DNA of 64,000 bases from a bacterium (GCA_030693325.1 JAUYAV010000019.1:1324-65323); one strand, 5' to 3'. Shown: positions 47,123 through 56,767, numbered from the stretch's first letter. Numbers and translations are program-made. Notes: generated from the letters alone by a model not told the origin.

Positions 47123-47317
47123 TTAAATGAGAAAGCCCGAATTTGCAAGCAAGAAATCAATATCGTACACAGCATATTGGGAACATCCGCGAAAATTAGG
47201 CAAACGTGCGGCAAACAAAAGCGAACGGCAGGGCGCGAAACGGAAATTATGGGTTTCTCTTGAGGTTAAACCTTGATAATAGATAACATTAATAGATGTT
47301 TCTTTTTGAGATTTTTA

Positions 47318-48319
47318 TTATACTTTAGCCGGTGTTTGGGCCGCGGTGAGGGTCTGTTTTTTTATTTCTTCCAAAAGTTTTTTGTCTTCTTTTAATTTTA
47401 ATTTGGCGGCTTCAAGACCGACACCTAATTTTTCTTTATTGAAACTGTAAGTGTTGCCGGATTTGATGACACTGCCGTATTTAATAGCGGTATTCAAAAC
47501 ATCGGCTTCCGGGACGATTCCTTCGCCGAAAATAATTTCAAACTCGGCGATTTTAAAAGGCGCTGCCACTTTATTTTTGACTACCTTAGCATGCACCAGC
47601 TGGCCGATTATTTCTTCGCCTTTTTTCAGTTTGGCTTTGGCCCGGATATCAATTCTAATTGAAGAGAAAAATTTCAAAGCGCGGCCGCCGGGAGTCGTTT
47701 CGGGATTGCCGAACATAATTCCGATTTTCATCCGGATTTGGTTGATAAAAATAATGACGGTTTTTGATTTGGAAGTAATGGCAGTTAATTTTCGCAGGGC
47801 CTGGCCCATCATCCGGGCTTGCAAGCCCATAAATTGATCGCCCATTTCGCCTTCAATTTCCGCGCGGGGAGTAAGAGCCGCCACCGAGTCCACTACGATT
47901 AAGTCAATTATTCCTGACCTTACCAGACTTTCAACGATATTCAGGGCCTCTTCGCCGCTGTCCGGCTGAGAAAGTAAGAGGTCGTCGGTTTTTACCCCAA
48001 GTTTTCTTGCGTAATCAATATCAAAAGCGTGTTCGGCGTCAATATAAGCGGCTTTGCCGCCTTTTTTTTGAAGCTCGGCAATGGCATGAAGAGTTAAAGT
48101 GCTTTTGCCCGACATTTCCGGGCCGTAAATTTCCACCATCCGGCCGCAGGGCAGACCGCCTACTCCCAAAGCCAAATCCAGAGAAAAAGAGCCGGAAGGG
48201 ATGACCTCGGTTTTGCCGATTTTTTTATCTCCGAGCCGCATTATAGATCCTTCGCCGAATTTAGTTTTTAAACTTTCAATTAAATCGGAAAAATCTTTGT
48301 CTTTATTGGTTTTGTCCAT
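47318..48319 (-). CDS. recA: Recombinase RecA
   Basis: Walker [11 protein letters not shown]; L1/L2 loop regions; 333 aa. Confidence 0.95.
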   Translation of the reverse strand: MDKTNKDKDFSDLIESLKTKFGEGSIMRLGDKKIGKTEVIPSGSFSLDLALGVGGLPCGRMVEIYGPEMSGKSTLTLHAIAELQKKGGKAAYIDAEHAFDIDYARKLGVKTDDLLLSQPDSGEEALNIVESLVRSGIIDLIVVDSVAALTPRAEIEGEMGDQFMGLQARMMGQALRKLTAITSKSKTVIIFINQIRMKIGIMFGNPETTPGGRALKFFSSIRIDIRAKAKLKKGEEIIGQLVHAKVVKNKVAAPFKIAEFEIIFGEGIVPEADVLNTAIKYGSVIKSGNTYSFNKEKLGVGLEAAKLKLKEDKKLLEEIKKQTLTAAQTPAKV

Positions 48320-48331
48320 AATAGTGTTCGC

Positions 48332-48376
48332 GAATTACTGTAATTACTGTAATTGCTGTAATTGCTGTAATTACTT
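48332..48376. repeat. GTAATTAC/GTAATTGC palindromic 9-mer array
   Basis: gaattactgtaattactgtaattgctgtaattgctgtaattact. Confidence 0.8.
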
Positions 48377-48979
48377 TGGTAAGTATAAAACTTGTTTAGT
48401 AATTGTTATTTCCCGACCGAGAAATCTTTTTATTTGAAATTGAATATTGTTTTGCCCCGGCTGAAGAGGAAAATCTTTTTGAAAATATCCGTTTTCATCA
48501 ATATAAGTGTTTTCTTTATTTATCATTAATTGGTCTCCGGATTTCACGCGGCCTTCTATTTTGAGATTAGGGTCGGTAATCGGACTGGTTGAACTGGCTA
48601 ATTGGCCGAGAAGCGATAAGGTCGGTTTTCCCAAAAAAAAGTTGTATTGAAAAGCCAGATAGCCGGCTAAAATTACGAAAATCAGCGCGAAAATAATTTT
48701 TTTGTTTAAGGGCTTGGGGCTGAAGCGATTAATTGGCAGATGATCGTTTGTTCCGGATTTTCTAAGTTGGGTATTTTTTTGGTATTCCTGCCAAAGTTTT
48801 TGCCCGTCAACGTTCAAGGCATCCGCGATTTTAAAAAGATAACTTCGGATGTAAGGCGCCGCCGGCAATTTTTCGTATTTTTCTTCAATAAGCGCTTTTA
48901 AAAATCTTTCCGAGATGCCGGTTGATTCCGAAAGTTTGGCTAAATTAATATTTTTATCCTGAAGAATTTCGGTTAACAT
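48371..48979 (-). CDS. RodZ-like HTH (XRE) + TM cytoskeleton-associated protein
   Basis: N-terminal HTH (LAKLSESTGISERFLKALIE); central TM; C-terminal periplasmic domain. Confidence 0.6.
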   Translation of the reverse strand: MLTEILQDKNINLAKLSESTGISERFLKALIEEKYEKLPAAPYIRSYLFKIADALNVDGQKLWQEYQKNTQLRKSGTNDHLPINRFSPKPLNKKIIFALIFVILAGYLAFQYNFFLGKPTLSLLGQLASSTSPITDPNLKIEGRVKSGDQLMINKENTYIDENGYFQKDFPLQPGQNNIQFQIKRFLGREITITKQVLYLPK

Positions 48980-48984
48980 AGTAA

Positions 48985-49028
48985 AAATTACAGTAATTAC
49001 TGTAATTACGTAATTACAGTAATTGTTG
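48985..49028. repeat. GTAATTAC palindromic 9-mer array
   Basis: aaattacagtaattactgtaattacgtaattacagtaattg. Confidence 0.8.
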
Positions 49029-49047
49029 ATTTTGAATTTTACATTTA

Positions 49048-51156
49048 TTATAACGGGTTGCTGTCGTCGCTGTCCACTTTATCAAAATAAACCTCTCTCG
49101 GTTTTGCGCCTTCGCCCGGACCGATCAACCCTCTATTCTCCATAATATCCAAGAGCCGGGCCGCCCGGGCATAACCGACTTTCAAGCGGCGCTGGAGTAG
49201 TGAAGCCGACGCTTTTTGAGCCGCTTTGACCACTTCCAGGGCTTCGTCAAAAAGTTCATCATCGTCGTCTTCATCGGACCTATTAAAAATAGAAAAAGGC
49301 GATTCGTTATTATTCTGGTCATTGTCCGGTAATTCCAATTCTTTTTCCGAATCGCTTGCCTCCGGTTTATTATTGGTTTTGATAAAGTTGATGACTTTTT
49401 TTATTTCTTCTTCAGTGACATAACAGCTTTGGATTCTTTTCGGCTTGGAAAATTCCGAGGATACAAAAAGCAAATCGCCTCGGCCCAGAAGTTTTTCCGC
49501 GCCGGCGGTATCAAGAATCGTTCGTGAATCTATCTGGCTTGCCACCTGTAAGGCGATACGGCAGGTGATGTTGGCTTTGATGAGGCCGGTGACCACTTCA
49601 ACCGACGGCCTTTGAGTGGAAACAACCAGGTGTAAACCCGTGGCGCGGGCCATTTGCGCCAGGCGGATGATTAACCCTTCCACTTCCCGGCCATAGGTCG
49701 CCATCAAATCTGCCAGTTCATCTATTACGATTAAAATATAAGGCAGCGGTTCTTCGGCTTTGGCCCCGCTGAGCGAGGCTTTGGCATTATATCCTTGAAT
49801 GTCGCGGTTGCCGGCTTCCAAAAGAATTTTATAGCGCCGATCCATCTCCTCTATGGCCCAGCGGAAAACATTGATGGCTAATTTGCTTTCGGTGATGACC
49901 GGAGCGATAAGGTGGGGAATGCCGTCATAATTTGAAAGTTCCACTCTTTTTGGGTCAATTAAAATAAGTTTAAGGGTGGAAGGAGAATTTTTATAAAGCA
50001 GGGAAATTAGAAGCGAATGAATGATTACCGATTTGCCGCTACCGGTCGCGCCGGCGATAAGCAAATGAGGCATTTTATCAATATTGGAGAAAATCGGTTT
50101 GCCGTCAATATCTCTTCCCAAAACAAAACCTAAAGGCCCGGAATTTTGGAATTCCGGCGAAGCTATTAAACTGCCCAATCTCACTAAGGCCGCGGCTTTG
50201 TTCGGGACTTCAACGCCGACCAATGATTTGCCCGGTATCGGGGCTTCAATTCTTATGGGGTGGCTGGCCAAGGCTAAAGACAGGTCCTGGTTTAAGCCGG
50301 TGATTCTTGAAAGTTTGACGCCTTCAGCCGGTTTTAAGGTATAACGGGTTACCGCCGGCCCGACGGTGATTTCACCCATTTCCACCGGAATACCGAATCC
50401 CTCTAAAGTTCTTTTAATGATATTGGCGTTGGCCCGCAGGTCGCCGATGCTGGGTTTTTCGCTGAAAGATTTTAACAAATCCAACGGCGGCGCCACATAA
50501 TTTTTAAAAACCAAAGGTTTTTTAGGGATGATAATTTCCTCAGCTTCTTCTTTCTCTTCTTTTCTTTCTTTCTTTTCTTGTCTAGATAAAGGAATTTCCG
50601 AAGTTTTTGCTATAGCGACATGGGTTTCCTCAGCCGGTTCTTTCATATCCGGTTCCTCGGGTTCTTCTTCTATGTCTTTTTCCTTAACTCGCCGCGGAAT
50701 TCTTAAAGGAACGTTAAAAGTGATGATTATTGAAGCAATTAATAAAGTTGCAGTGATAACCAAACTGGCGGTTTTTCCGAAAGGAATTTCCAAGGCGCCG
50801 ACAAATTTTCCTATAAAACCTCCGCCGTCGCTCGCCAATAAATCAATTATGCCCAAACCGGAAAGCACAAACAAAACAGCGCCCACTAAAGTGTTACCGA
50901 CTATTTTTTTTTGCCTTGCAGTGAGAATGGCCAAAGCGGTCAATAATAAAATCATGGGCAGAAGATAATATCCCCAGCCCAGAAGATAATCCAAGGCGCG
51001 GTAAAGAAAATTGCCGGCCGGGCCGGCTTGTCTGAAACTGGCCAAAAGCAGAATTGCCGCCAGGCCGATGAAGATTATCGCGAAAACGCTTTTTTTGGCT
51101 TCGGGATGAAGCGAAGAATTCATTTCTTTCATCTTTGCTCTTTTTTCTTTTGCCAT
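49048..51156 (-). CDS. ftsK: DNA translocase FtsK/SpoIIIE
   Basis: N-terminal TM segments; Walker A GATGSGKSV; Walker B LIVIDELAD; C-terminal winged-helix gamma domain. Confidence 0.92.
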   Translation of the reverse strand: MAKEKRAKMKEMNSSLHPEAKKSVFAIIFIGLAAILLLASFRQAGPAGNFLYRALDYLLGWGYYLLPMILLLTALAILTARQKKIVGNTLVGAVLFVLSGLGIIDLLASDGGGFIGKFVGALEIPFGKTASLVITATLLIASIIITFNVPLRIPRRVKEKDIEEEPEEPDMKEPAEETHVAIAKTSEIPLSRQEKKERKEEKEEAEEIIIPKKPLVFKNYVAPPLDLLKSFSEKPSIGDLRANANIIKRTLEGFGIPVEMGEITVGPAVTRYTLKPAEGVKLSRITGLNQDLSLALASHPIRIEAPIPGKSLVGVEVPNKAAALVRLGSLIASPEFQNSGPLGFVLGRDIDGKPIFSNIDKMPHLLIAGATGSGKSVIIHSLLISLLYKNSPSTLKLILIDPKRVELSNYDGIPHLIAPVITESKLAINVFRWAIEEMDRRYKILLEAGNRDIQGYNAKASLSGAKAEEPLPYILIVIDELADLMATYGREVEGLIIRLAQMARATGLHLVVSTQRPSVEVVTGLIKANITCRIALQVASQIDSRTILDTAGAEKLLGRGDLLFVSSEFSKPKRIQSCYVTEEEIKKVINFIKTNNKPEASDSEKELELPDNDQNNNESPFSIFNRSDEDDDDELFDEALEVVKAAQKASASLLQRRLKVGYARAARLLDIMENRGLIGPGEGAKPREVYFDKVDSDDSNPL

Positions 51157-51253
51157 TAATTTAATTCTAATTTAGAATTAACAAGATGACAACAGATAAT
51201 AATAGCGACTAGTAACAAGTAATCAGTAACTAGGGAATAGGGACTAATAACAA

Positions 51254-51682
51254 ATGATTAAAATTAATCCTAACATCTTCAAGGCCAATGATATCAGGGG
51301 AAAATATCCGTCCGAGATTAATGAAAGAGTAATTTCGGAAATCGTTGGTAAATTGGCTGATTTTTTTCCGGAAGGAAAAATCGTAGTCGCCCATGATGCC
51401 CGTTTGAGTTCCCCTGTTTTATACAAAGCGGTTATAACGGGATTCAAAAATAAAAATTTATCCCTACGGGATATCTCCCGAAGGGAGACAAAACTCAAAA
51501 CTATTGAAGTGGGTTTGGCCACCACGCCGATGTTTTATTTTTTGGTGAAAAAATTAAAAGCCGGCGGCGGAATAATGATTACCGCTTCCCATAACCCGAA
51601 AAATTATAACGGCTTGAAAATTGTCGATAAAAACGCTTTGCCGATCAGCGGCTTGGAAGTAAAAAAATTATTTAAATTCTAA
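51254..51682 (+). pseudogene. Phosphoglucomutase/phosphomannomutase domain-I fragment (truncated), with in-frame repeat insertion
   Basis: Active-site loop GGIMITASHNP is present, but the ORF stops after ~140 aa; full enzymes are ~450 aa. The internal segment LSLRDISRRETK is encoded by the double-hairpin repeat at 51463..51495. Confidence 0.65.
51463..51495. repeat. In-frame copy of the double-hairpin element inside the PMM fragment
   Basis: atccctacgggatatctcccgaagggagacaaaa; the reverse complement of the ksgA copy reads ...tgtccctgcgggacatctcccgaagggagacaaa. Confidence 0.75.
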
Positions 51683-51701
51683 GATTCCCGAGATTGATTT
51701 T

Positions 51702-52625
51702 TTATAGATATTTTTGAGATAAAGCTTTTATCAAATCTTTTTCTTCCTCAATTTTTTTAAATCTTTTATAATTCCACTTGAATATCCTATCGTCGAAATA
51801 AATATTTTCCGCGCAGGCCAACATAGCCATTTGGGGTAAAATTTCTATGTCTTTTTTTGACAATTTAATTTTTTGAGAATAGTTTTTCAAAAAAAGCTCA
51901 AATTCGCTTTTTAAAAAAAAAGGTTTTGATATTTTTTCCATTTTCATTCCAAGTTTAGGAAAATCAAAAGGAATAATATTGAACATAAAAGCAATCATTA
52001 TCCCAAGATCATAAACAATCGGGCCCCACGATATATCATCAAGGTCAATTAAAAAAAGTTTTTTTCTGCCTAAAACATTGAAATAACTAATATCGCCATG
52101 GACTAAGCCGGTTGTTGCGCCAAATATGGGCGGAAATGAATCACAAAAAGAGATTATTTCTTTTCTGATTTTGATTTCTATCTTCTTTTTCGAAAAGGTT
52201 GCTCTCAGTCTTTTAATTTTTCCTTTAACATCTACTTCAGGAATTTTACTGTTTCCAATTTTAATTTTGTGTAATTCGCCGACAATGCGACCAAGCTCCG
52301 AAAAAAAATATCGCGATGGACGATTTTCTTTTTGATTAATAAATTTTGACAAAAATAAGATATCACCTGATTGCAAAAAATATTTTTTGTTTGATTTCGT
52401 GCTAATAATAGCAGGAAGATTAACGCCTTGTTTCTTAATTTTAGATACAAATTCCAATCTCTCAATCAATTCTTTGTTATTTGGAACAGCTTTAATAACA
52501 TATTTATTTTTGTCGTTTCCGATTAAAAAAGCGCTCCGTTTTCCTCGTGTCTCAAGTTTTTTCAAAAAAACAGGATTTTTGAGATTATATTCTTTTTTAA
52601 TTTTTTCAATTATCAGAGAAATCAT
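51702..52625 (-). CDS. APH/choline-kinase-family phosphotransferase
   Basis: Brenner motif LVHGDISYFN and DFG-like LIDLDD; 307 aa; very AT-rich. Confidence 0.7.
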   Translation of the reverse strand: MISLIIEKIKKEYNLKNPVFLKKLETRGKRSAFLIGNDKNKYVIKAVPNNKELIERLEFVSKIKKQGVNLPAIISTKSNKKYFLQSGDILFLSKFINQKENRPSRYFFSELGRIVGELHKIKIGNSKIPEVDVKGKIKRLRATFSKKKIEIKIRKEIISFCDSFPPIFGATTGLVHGDISYFNVLGRKKLFLIDLDDISWGPIVYDLGIMIAFMFNIIPFDFPKLGMKMEKISKPFFLKSEFELFLKNYSQKIKLSKKDIEILPQMAMLACAENIYFDDRIFKWNYKRFKKIEEEKDLIKALSQKYL

Positions 52626-52658
52626 TATTTTTAAATAATAACATTCTGCTTACTAAAT

Positions 52659-52696
52659 AAAAAATCGGGAAAGTGAATGAGCCACTTTCCCGATTT
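52659..52696 (-). terminator. Rho-independent terminator after rSAM-peptide pair
   Basis: Minus strand: aaatcgggaaagtggctcattcactttcccgatt + tttttt. Confidence 0.7.
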
Positions 52697-52712
52697 GCTG
52701 TTAGCGTAATTA

Positions 52713-52808
52713 CTACTTTGAGATATTACGCGAACGACATCCTCCATGGGAAGATGCCTTAGTCGATGACCAAACCGTTTTTACCGATTTTTTCACTGAC
52801 TTTTTCAT
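52713..52808 (-). CDS. 31-aa peptide co-transcribed with radical SAM/SPASM enzyme (candidate RiPP precursor)
   Basis: Perfect SD GAAAGGAGGcaaaaaATG. MKKSVKKSVKTVWSSTKASSHGGCRSRNISK. Start is 13 nt after the rSAM stop. Not in the ORF track because it is short. Confidence 0.5.
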   Translation of the reverse strand: MKKSVKKSVKTVWSSTKASSHGGCRSRNISK

Positions 52809-52821
52809 TTTTTGCCTCCTT

Positions 52822-54009
52822 TCATTTTTTGCAAAAATGCATTATCGCATTCAGCATATACTTTGGTTGTATTAACATATTCCCCGTATCGGTATAATTG
52901 ATACCCGGACAAAAATTAAAAACTTTTTTTGCCGGAATATCTTTCCATTTTAACGACCCGATTTTTAGCATGCTTTTCCCGTAAACAATTTCTTTGATTT
53001 TATTTTTCAAAAAAATATTCCCAACTGGCAAAGGCAACTGACCACACGGAAAAACATCGCCATTTCCCGATATTGCAAATATGGCTTTTCCAGCTTCACA
53101 AACATGCTCATTGCGATTAGAATTTTGTGTCTCCGAAATAAAACCCGGATTCTTCATTACAAAATCTCTTAGGTTCTCACTGGAAATATTTAATTGGCTC
53201 TTTTTTGCCTGACCATAATATTCATTGGTTATCGGCCAAGAAAAATTTTGAGCAATTTTATTTTCCTCAAAGAAAAGTTTAGTACTTTCCCACGAGTCAA
53301 AATTTCTTTTCATTAGAGGTGTTGCCACTTCAACAAAATATCCCATTTTTACCAGTGAATGAAGATTCCCGAGAGTACGCTTTAGCGACCCCGAACTTTT
53401 TGTTATATCATCATGAATTTTTGGAACAGAAGAATAAACTGATGTCTGTATTCTGCCTATTCTAAAATTTCCGCATTCATTAGATAGAAACCATCCAGGC
53501 AAGTATTGCAAATTACTAAATATTTCTACCAAAAACCCTTTTTCTGTCGCTATTTGCAATAGACTCCGAAGACTTTTGCTAATAAACGGCTCGCCGCCAC
53601 TTATAACAATAAGAAAAACTCCCAAAGCTTTAAGTTCGTCAAAAAAATCGCCGATACCAGATTCGTTCATCCGCTCAAGAAAGCCCAGTTCAGAAGAACA
53701 CAAATTTTTATTCCCAACGTAGCAATGGATACATCTTAATGAGCATCTTCGGCTTAATTCAATGTTTACCGTTGTCGGGAAATCAAACGCAAGACCAAGC
53801 TTAATCAAATTTTTTCGGCACAACCTAGAATTATATTGGCCGCTTATATTTTTGAAAAAGTTTTTGGTGTCGCTGTCAAATTCATAATCATCCGGCTTAT
53901 TTGCAATCCTTTTCGCTTTGATATCGTCTGCTTTAATTGAAACAATCTGTCCGTTTTTGCAATTCAAAAAATGAGTATGACTTCCTATATTCCGCCATAT
54001 AATAGACAT
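52822..54009 (-). CDS. Radical SAM enzyme with C-terminal SPASM/twitch-like Cys cluster and ~85-aa N-terminal extension (possible RRE)
   Basis: CSLRCIHCY = Cx3Cx2C at residues ~89-96; GGEP motif (ISGGEPF); C-terminal Cys cluster CEAGKAIFAISGNGDVFPCGQL ... FNFCPG. Confidence 0.75.
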   Translation of the reverse strand: MSIIWRNIGSHTHFLNCKNGQIVSIKADDIKAKRIANKPDDYEFDSDTKNFFKNISGQYNSRLCRKNLIKLGLAFDFPTTVNIELSRRCSLRCIHCYVGNKNLCSSELGFLERMNESGIGDFFDELKALGVFLIVISGGEPFISKSLRSLLQIATEKGFLVEIFSNLQYLPGWFLSNECGNFRIGRIQTSVYSSVPKIHDDITKSSGSLKRTLGNLHSLVKMGYFVEVATPLMKRNFDSWESTKLFFEENKIAQNFSWPITNEYYGQAKKSQLNISSENLRDFVMKNPGFISETQNSNRNEHVCEAGKAIFAISGNGDVFPCGQLPLPVGNIFLKNKIKEIVYGKSMLKIGSLKWKDIPAKKVFNFCPGINYTDTGNMLIQPKYMLNAIMHFCKK

Positions 54010-54161
54010 AACAATCTCCTTTTTAATTTTTAATGTTCAATCAAATACTTATATACCTATTTTTTAGTATCTAACAAATTAATTGTTTTGTCAAATTTTG
54101 TGGCTAAAACACCCAAAATATAGCCAAAACAAGAAAATTTGAGTATAATAACAGTATTCTT

Positions 54162-55430
54162 ATGCGCTATATTGCCGATTTTCACATTCATTCTCCTTAC
54201 TCGCGGGCGGTTTCCAAGGAAATGACTTTGGAAAATTTGGATATCTGGGCGCAGAAAAAAGGCATCACTATTTTAGGCACGGGCGACTTTACTCATCCCG
54301 CCTGGTTTAAAGAAATTCAAAAAAAACTTGAGGAACGCGAGCCGGGACTTTTTGCTTTAAAATCCAACAAATCGGCGGACGCCACTCGATTTATTTTAAC
54401 TTCCGAGATTTCCAGTATTTATACCAAATATAATAAAGGACGGCGCGTTCATAATCTGATTTTTGCGCCGAATTTGGAAGCGGTTAAAAAAATAAATACT
54501 CAGCTCGGCTTTATAGGCAATATTAAATCTGACGGCCGGCCGATTTTGGGCCTTGACCCCAAAGAACTTTTGAAAATTATTTTAGAGGTTGACCCGAAAT
54601 GTTTTTTAATACCTTGCCATGCCTGGACGCCCTGGTTCTCCATTTTTGGTTCAATGTCCGGTTTTAATTCGGTTGAAGAATGTTTTGAGGAAATGTCCGG
54701 TGAAATTTTCGCCTTAGAGACTGGCCTTTCCAGCGACCCGGCCATGAACTGGCGTTTGTCTCAATTGGATAAATACACTTTGATTTCCAATTCAGACGCT
54801 CACAGCTTGCCTAATCTCGGCCGCGAGGCCTGCGTTTTTGAAATCAAGCCGGAAAAACTTTCTTTTGACGAAATTAAAAGAATTCTCAAAGAGAAAGACA
54901 AAGAAAAATTTTTATACACCATTGAATTTTTTCCCGAAGAAGGAAAATATCATTACGACGGCCATCGGCTTTGCCAGGTGAGATTGTCTCCTAAAGAAAC
55001 CAAAAAATGCCACGGCCTCTGCCCTGTTTGCGGCAAACGATTAACTATCGGCGTAATGTCGCGGGTGGAGGAATTGGCGGATCGCGAAGAAAATTTTAAG
55101 CCCAAAAACCCGATTCCTTTCAAAAGTTTGGTGCCTTTGCGGGAAATTATTGCCGAATCTTTGGGTCGTGGCAAAGCGACAAAATTAGTGGTGGAAGAAT
55201 ATGAAAATTTGGTTTTCAAAGGCGGCAATGAATTTAAAATCCTTTTGGATTTAGCCGAAGCCGAGCTGTCAAAAATAACTTTGCCGAAAATCGTTGAAGG
55301 AATTATGAAAGTCAGAAAAAAAGAATTATTTGTTTTGCCCGGCTATGACGGCGAATACGGCACTGTCAAAATTTTTTCCGAGGGAGAAAAAAATAAACCG
55401 CCTTTGGCTCAAAAAAATTTGTTTGGCTAA
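54162..55430 (+). CDS. PHP-domain nuclease of the TIGR00375 / endonuclease Q-like family
   Basis: N-terminal PHP signature ADFHIHSPYSRAVS; internal zinc-finger CHGLCPVCGKRL; 422 aa. Confidence 0.55.
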   Translation: MRYIADFHIHSPYSRAVSKEMTLENLDIWAQKKGITILGTGDFTHPAWFKEIQKKLEEREPGLFALKSNKSADATRFILTSEISSIYTKYNKGRRVHNLIFAPNLEAVKKINTQLGFIGNIKSDGRPILGLDPKELLKIILEVDPKCFLIPCHAWTPWFSIFGSMSGFNSVEECFEEMSGEIFALETGLSSDPAMNWRLSQLDKYTLISNSDAHSLPNLGREACVFEIKPEKLSFDEIKRILKEKDKEKFLYTIEFFPEEGKYHYDGHRLCQVRLSPKETKKCHGLCPVCGKRLTIGVMSRVEELADREENFKPKNPIPFKSLVPLREIIAESLGRGKATKLVVEEYENLVFKGGNEFKILLDLAEAELSKITLPKIVEGIMKVRKKELFVLPGYDGEYGTVKIFSEGEKNKPPLAQKNLFG

Positions 55431-55516
55431 AAATAAAAGCCCCGATTTAATCGGGGCTTTTTAAATTATTGTTCGTAGTTAAAATCTTTTTTTTTGAGGC
55501 CTGCCAGAATTTCCGG

Positions 55517-56767
55517 TCAGTTTGCTATTTTTTCCGCTATTTTATAAACATCACCCGCGCCCAAGGTTAGGATAATCAATTTTGAGTTAATTTTCTTTAA
55601 TTTCCTTACCTCATTAGCAAAAAATTTGGTTTCAAAAGGCGTGGATTTGGCCTGGGTATGGTGTTTTCTTACTTCTTTCAAAAGAAGCCCATCTATATTT
55701 TTTTTCGGTTTTTGTTCGCGGGCCGAAGCAAAAGTGGGCAAAAGATAAACAAAATCGGCTTTTTGGAAACATCGGCCGAATTCTTTAAGCAGAATTTTGG
55801 TGCGCGAAAAAGTGTGAGGCTGGAAAATCGCTAAAAGTTTGTAATCAGGATATTTTTCTTTAAGCGCGGCTAAAGTAGCCTTGATTTCTTCTGGATGATG
55901 GGCGTAATCATCAACAATTATTATTTTTTGTTTTTTGATATAAAATTCCAGCCGGCGTTTTACTCCTTTGAAAGTTTCAAAAGCGGTTTTGATTTTACGG
56001 TCAGGGATTTTCAATTCTTTGGCCAGCCGATAAACCAAGAAAGCGTTTTCTTTGTTTTTATCTCCCAATAAAGGAAAATCAATTTTCGTCAAGAATTTTT
56101 TGAAGGCCGGAGAAATTTTTTGACCGGCCAAAACTTTTTTCGCGGTTTGTTTTTTTAATTGTTCAAAAGCCAGCCGGTATTCCTTTCTATTTTTGAAAGA
56201 ATCCGGATGGTCAAAGTCAATATTGGTAATTAAAAGATAATCGGGTTTCAAGAAAAGAAATTTTTTCTGGTATTCATCGCCCTCGGCAACCAGCCATTTA
56301 TTTTCTCCTTTTTTAAAATTGCTTTGCCAATTATTACTTACGCCGCCCAGAAAAATAGTTGGTTTGAAGCCGGAAGCGCTTAAAAGATACCCTGCTAAAG
56401 CCGTGGTCGTGGTTTTGCCGTGAGAGCCGGCGATTAAAATTTTATTTTCTCCTTGATTAAAAATTTCCGCCAAGGTCTGGCCGTAGTTTTTTAAAGGAAT
56501 TCCCAGTTTAACGGCTTTTTTGATTTCGGGATGATTTTGATTATAAGCCGAAGAATAAACGACCAAATCAAGGCTTGGATTGATATTTTTGGGAGAAAAT
56601 GAATTTATCGGTATTTTCAGCCGTTTGAGAGCGGCGTCAGCCGGAAATTTTTCCTTGCTGTCTGAGCCGGTTATTTTAGCTCCGGCTTTCGCAAAAAACT
56701 GCGCTAAAGCCGAAATCCCGATTCCTTTGACTCCGATTATATGGATTTTTTCGCCTTTTGTTTGCAT
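55517..56767 (-). CDS. murC: UDP-N-acetylmuramate--L-alanine ligase MurC
   Basis: N-terminal IHIIGVKGIGISALAQFF; P-loop GSHGKTTTTAL. Confidence 0.85.
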   Translation of the reverse strand: MQTKGEKIHIIGVKGIGISALAQFFAKAGAKITGSDSKEKFPADAALKRLKIPINSFSPKNINPSLDLVVYSSAYNQNHPEIKKAVKLGIPLKNYGQTLAEIFNQGENKILIAGSHGKTTTTALAGYLLSASGFKPTIFLGGVSNNWQSNFKKGENKWLVAEGDEYQKKFLFLKPDYLLITNIDFDHPDSFKNRKEYRLAFEQLKKQTAKKVLAGQKISPAFKKFLTKIDFPLLGDKNKENAFLVYRLAKELKIPDRKIKTAFETFKGVKRRLEFYIKKQKIIIVDDYAHHPEEIKATLAALKEKYPDYKLLAIFQPHTFSRTKILLKEFGRCFQKADFVYLLPTFASAREQKPKKNIDGLLLKEVRKHHTQAKSTPFETKFFANEVRKLKKINSKLIILTLGAGDVYKIAEKIAN

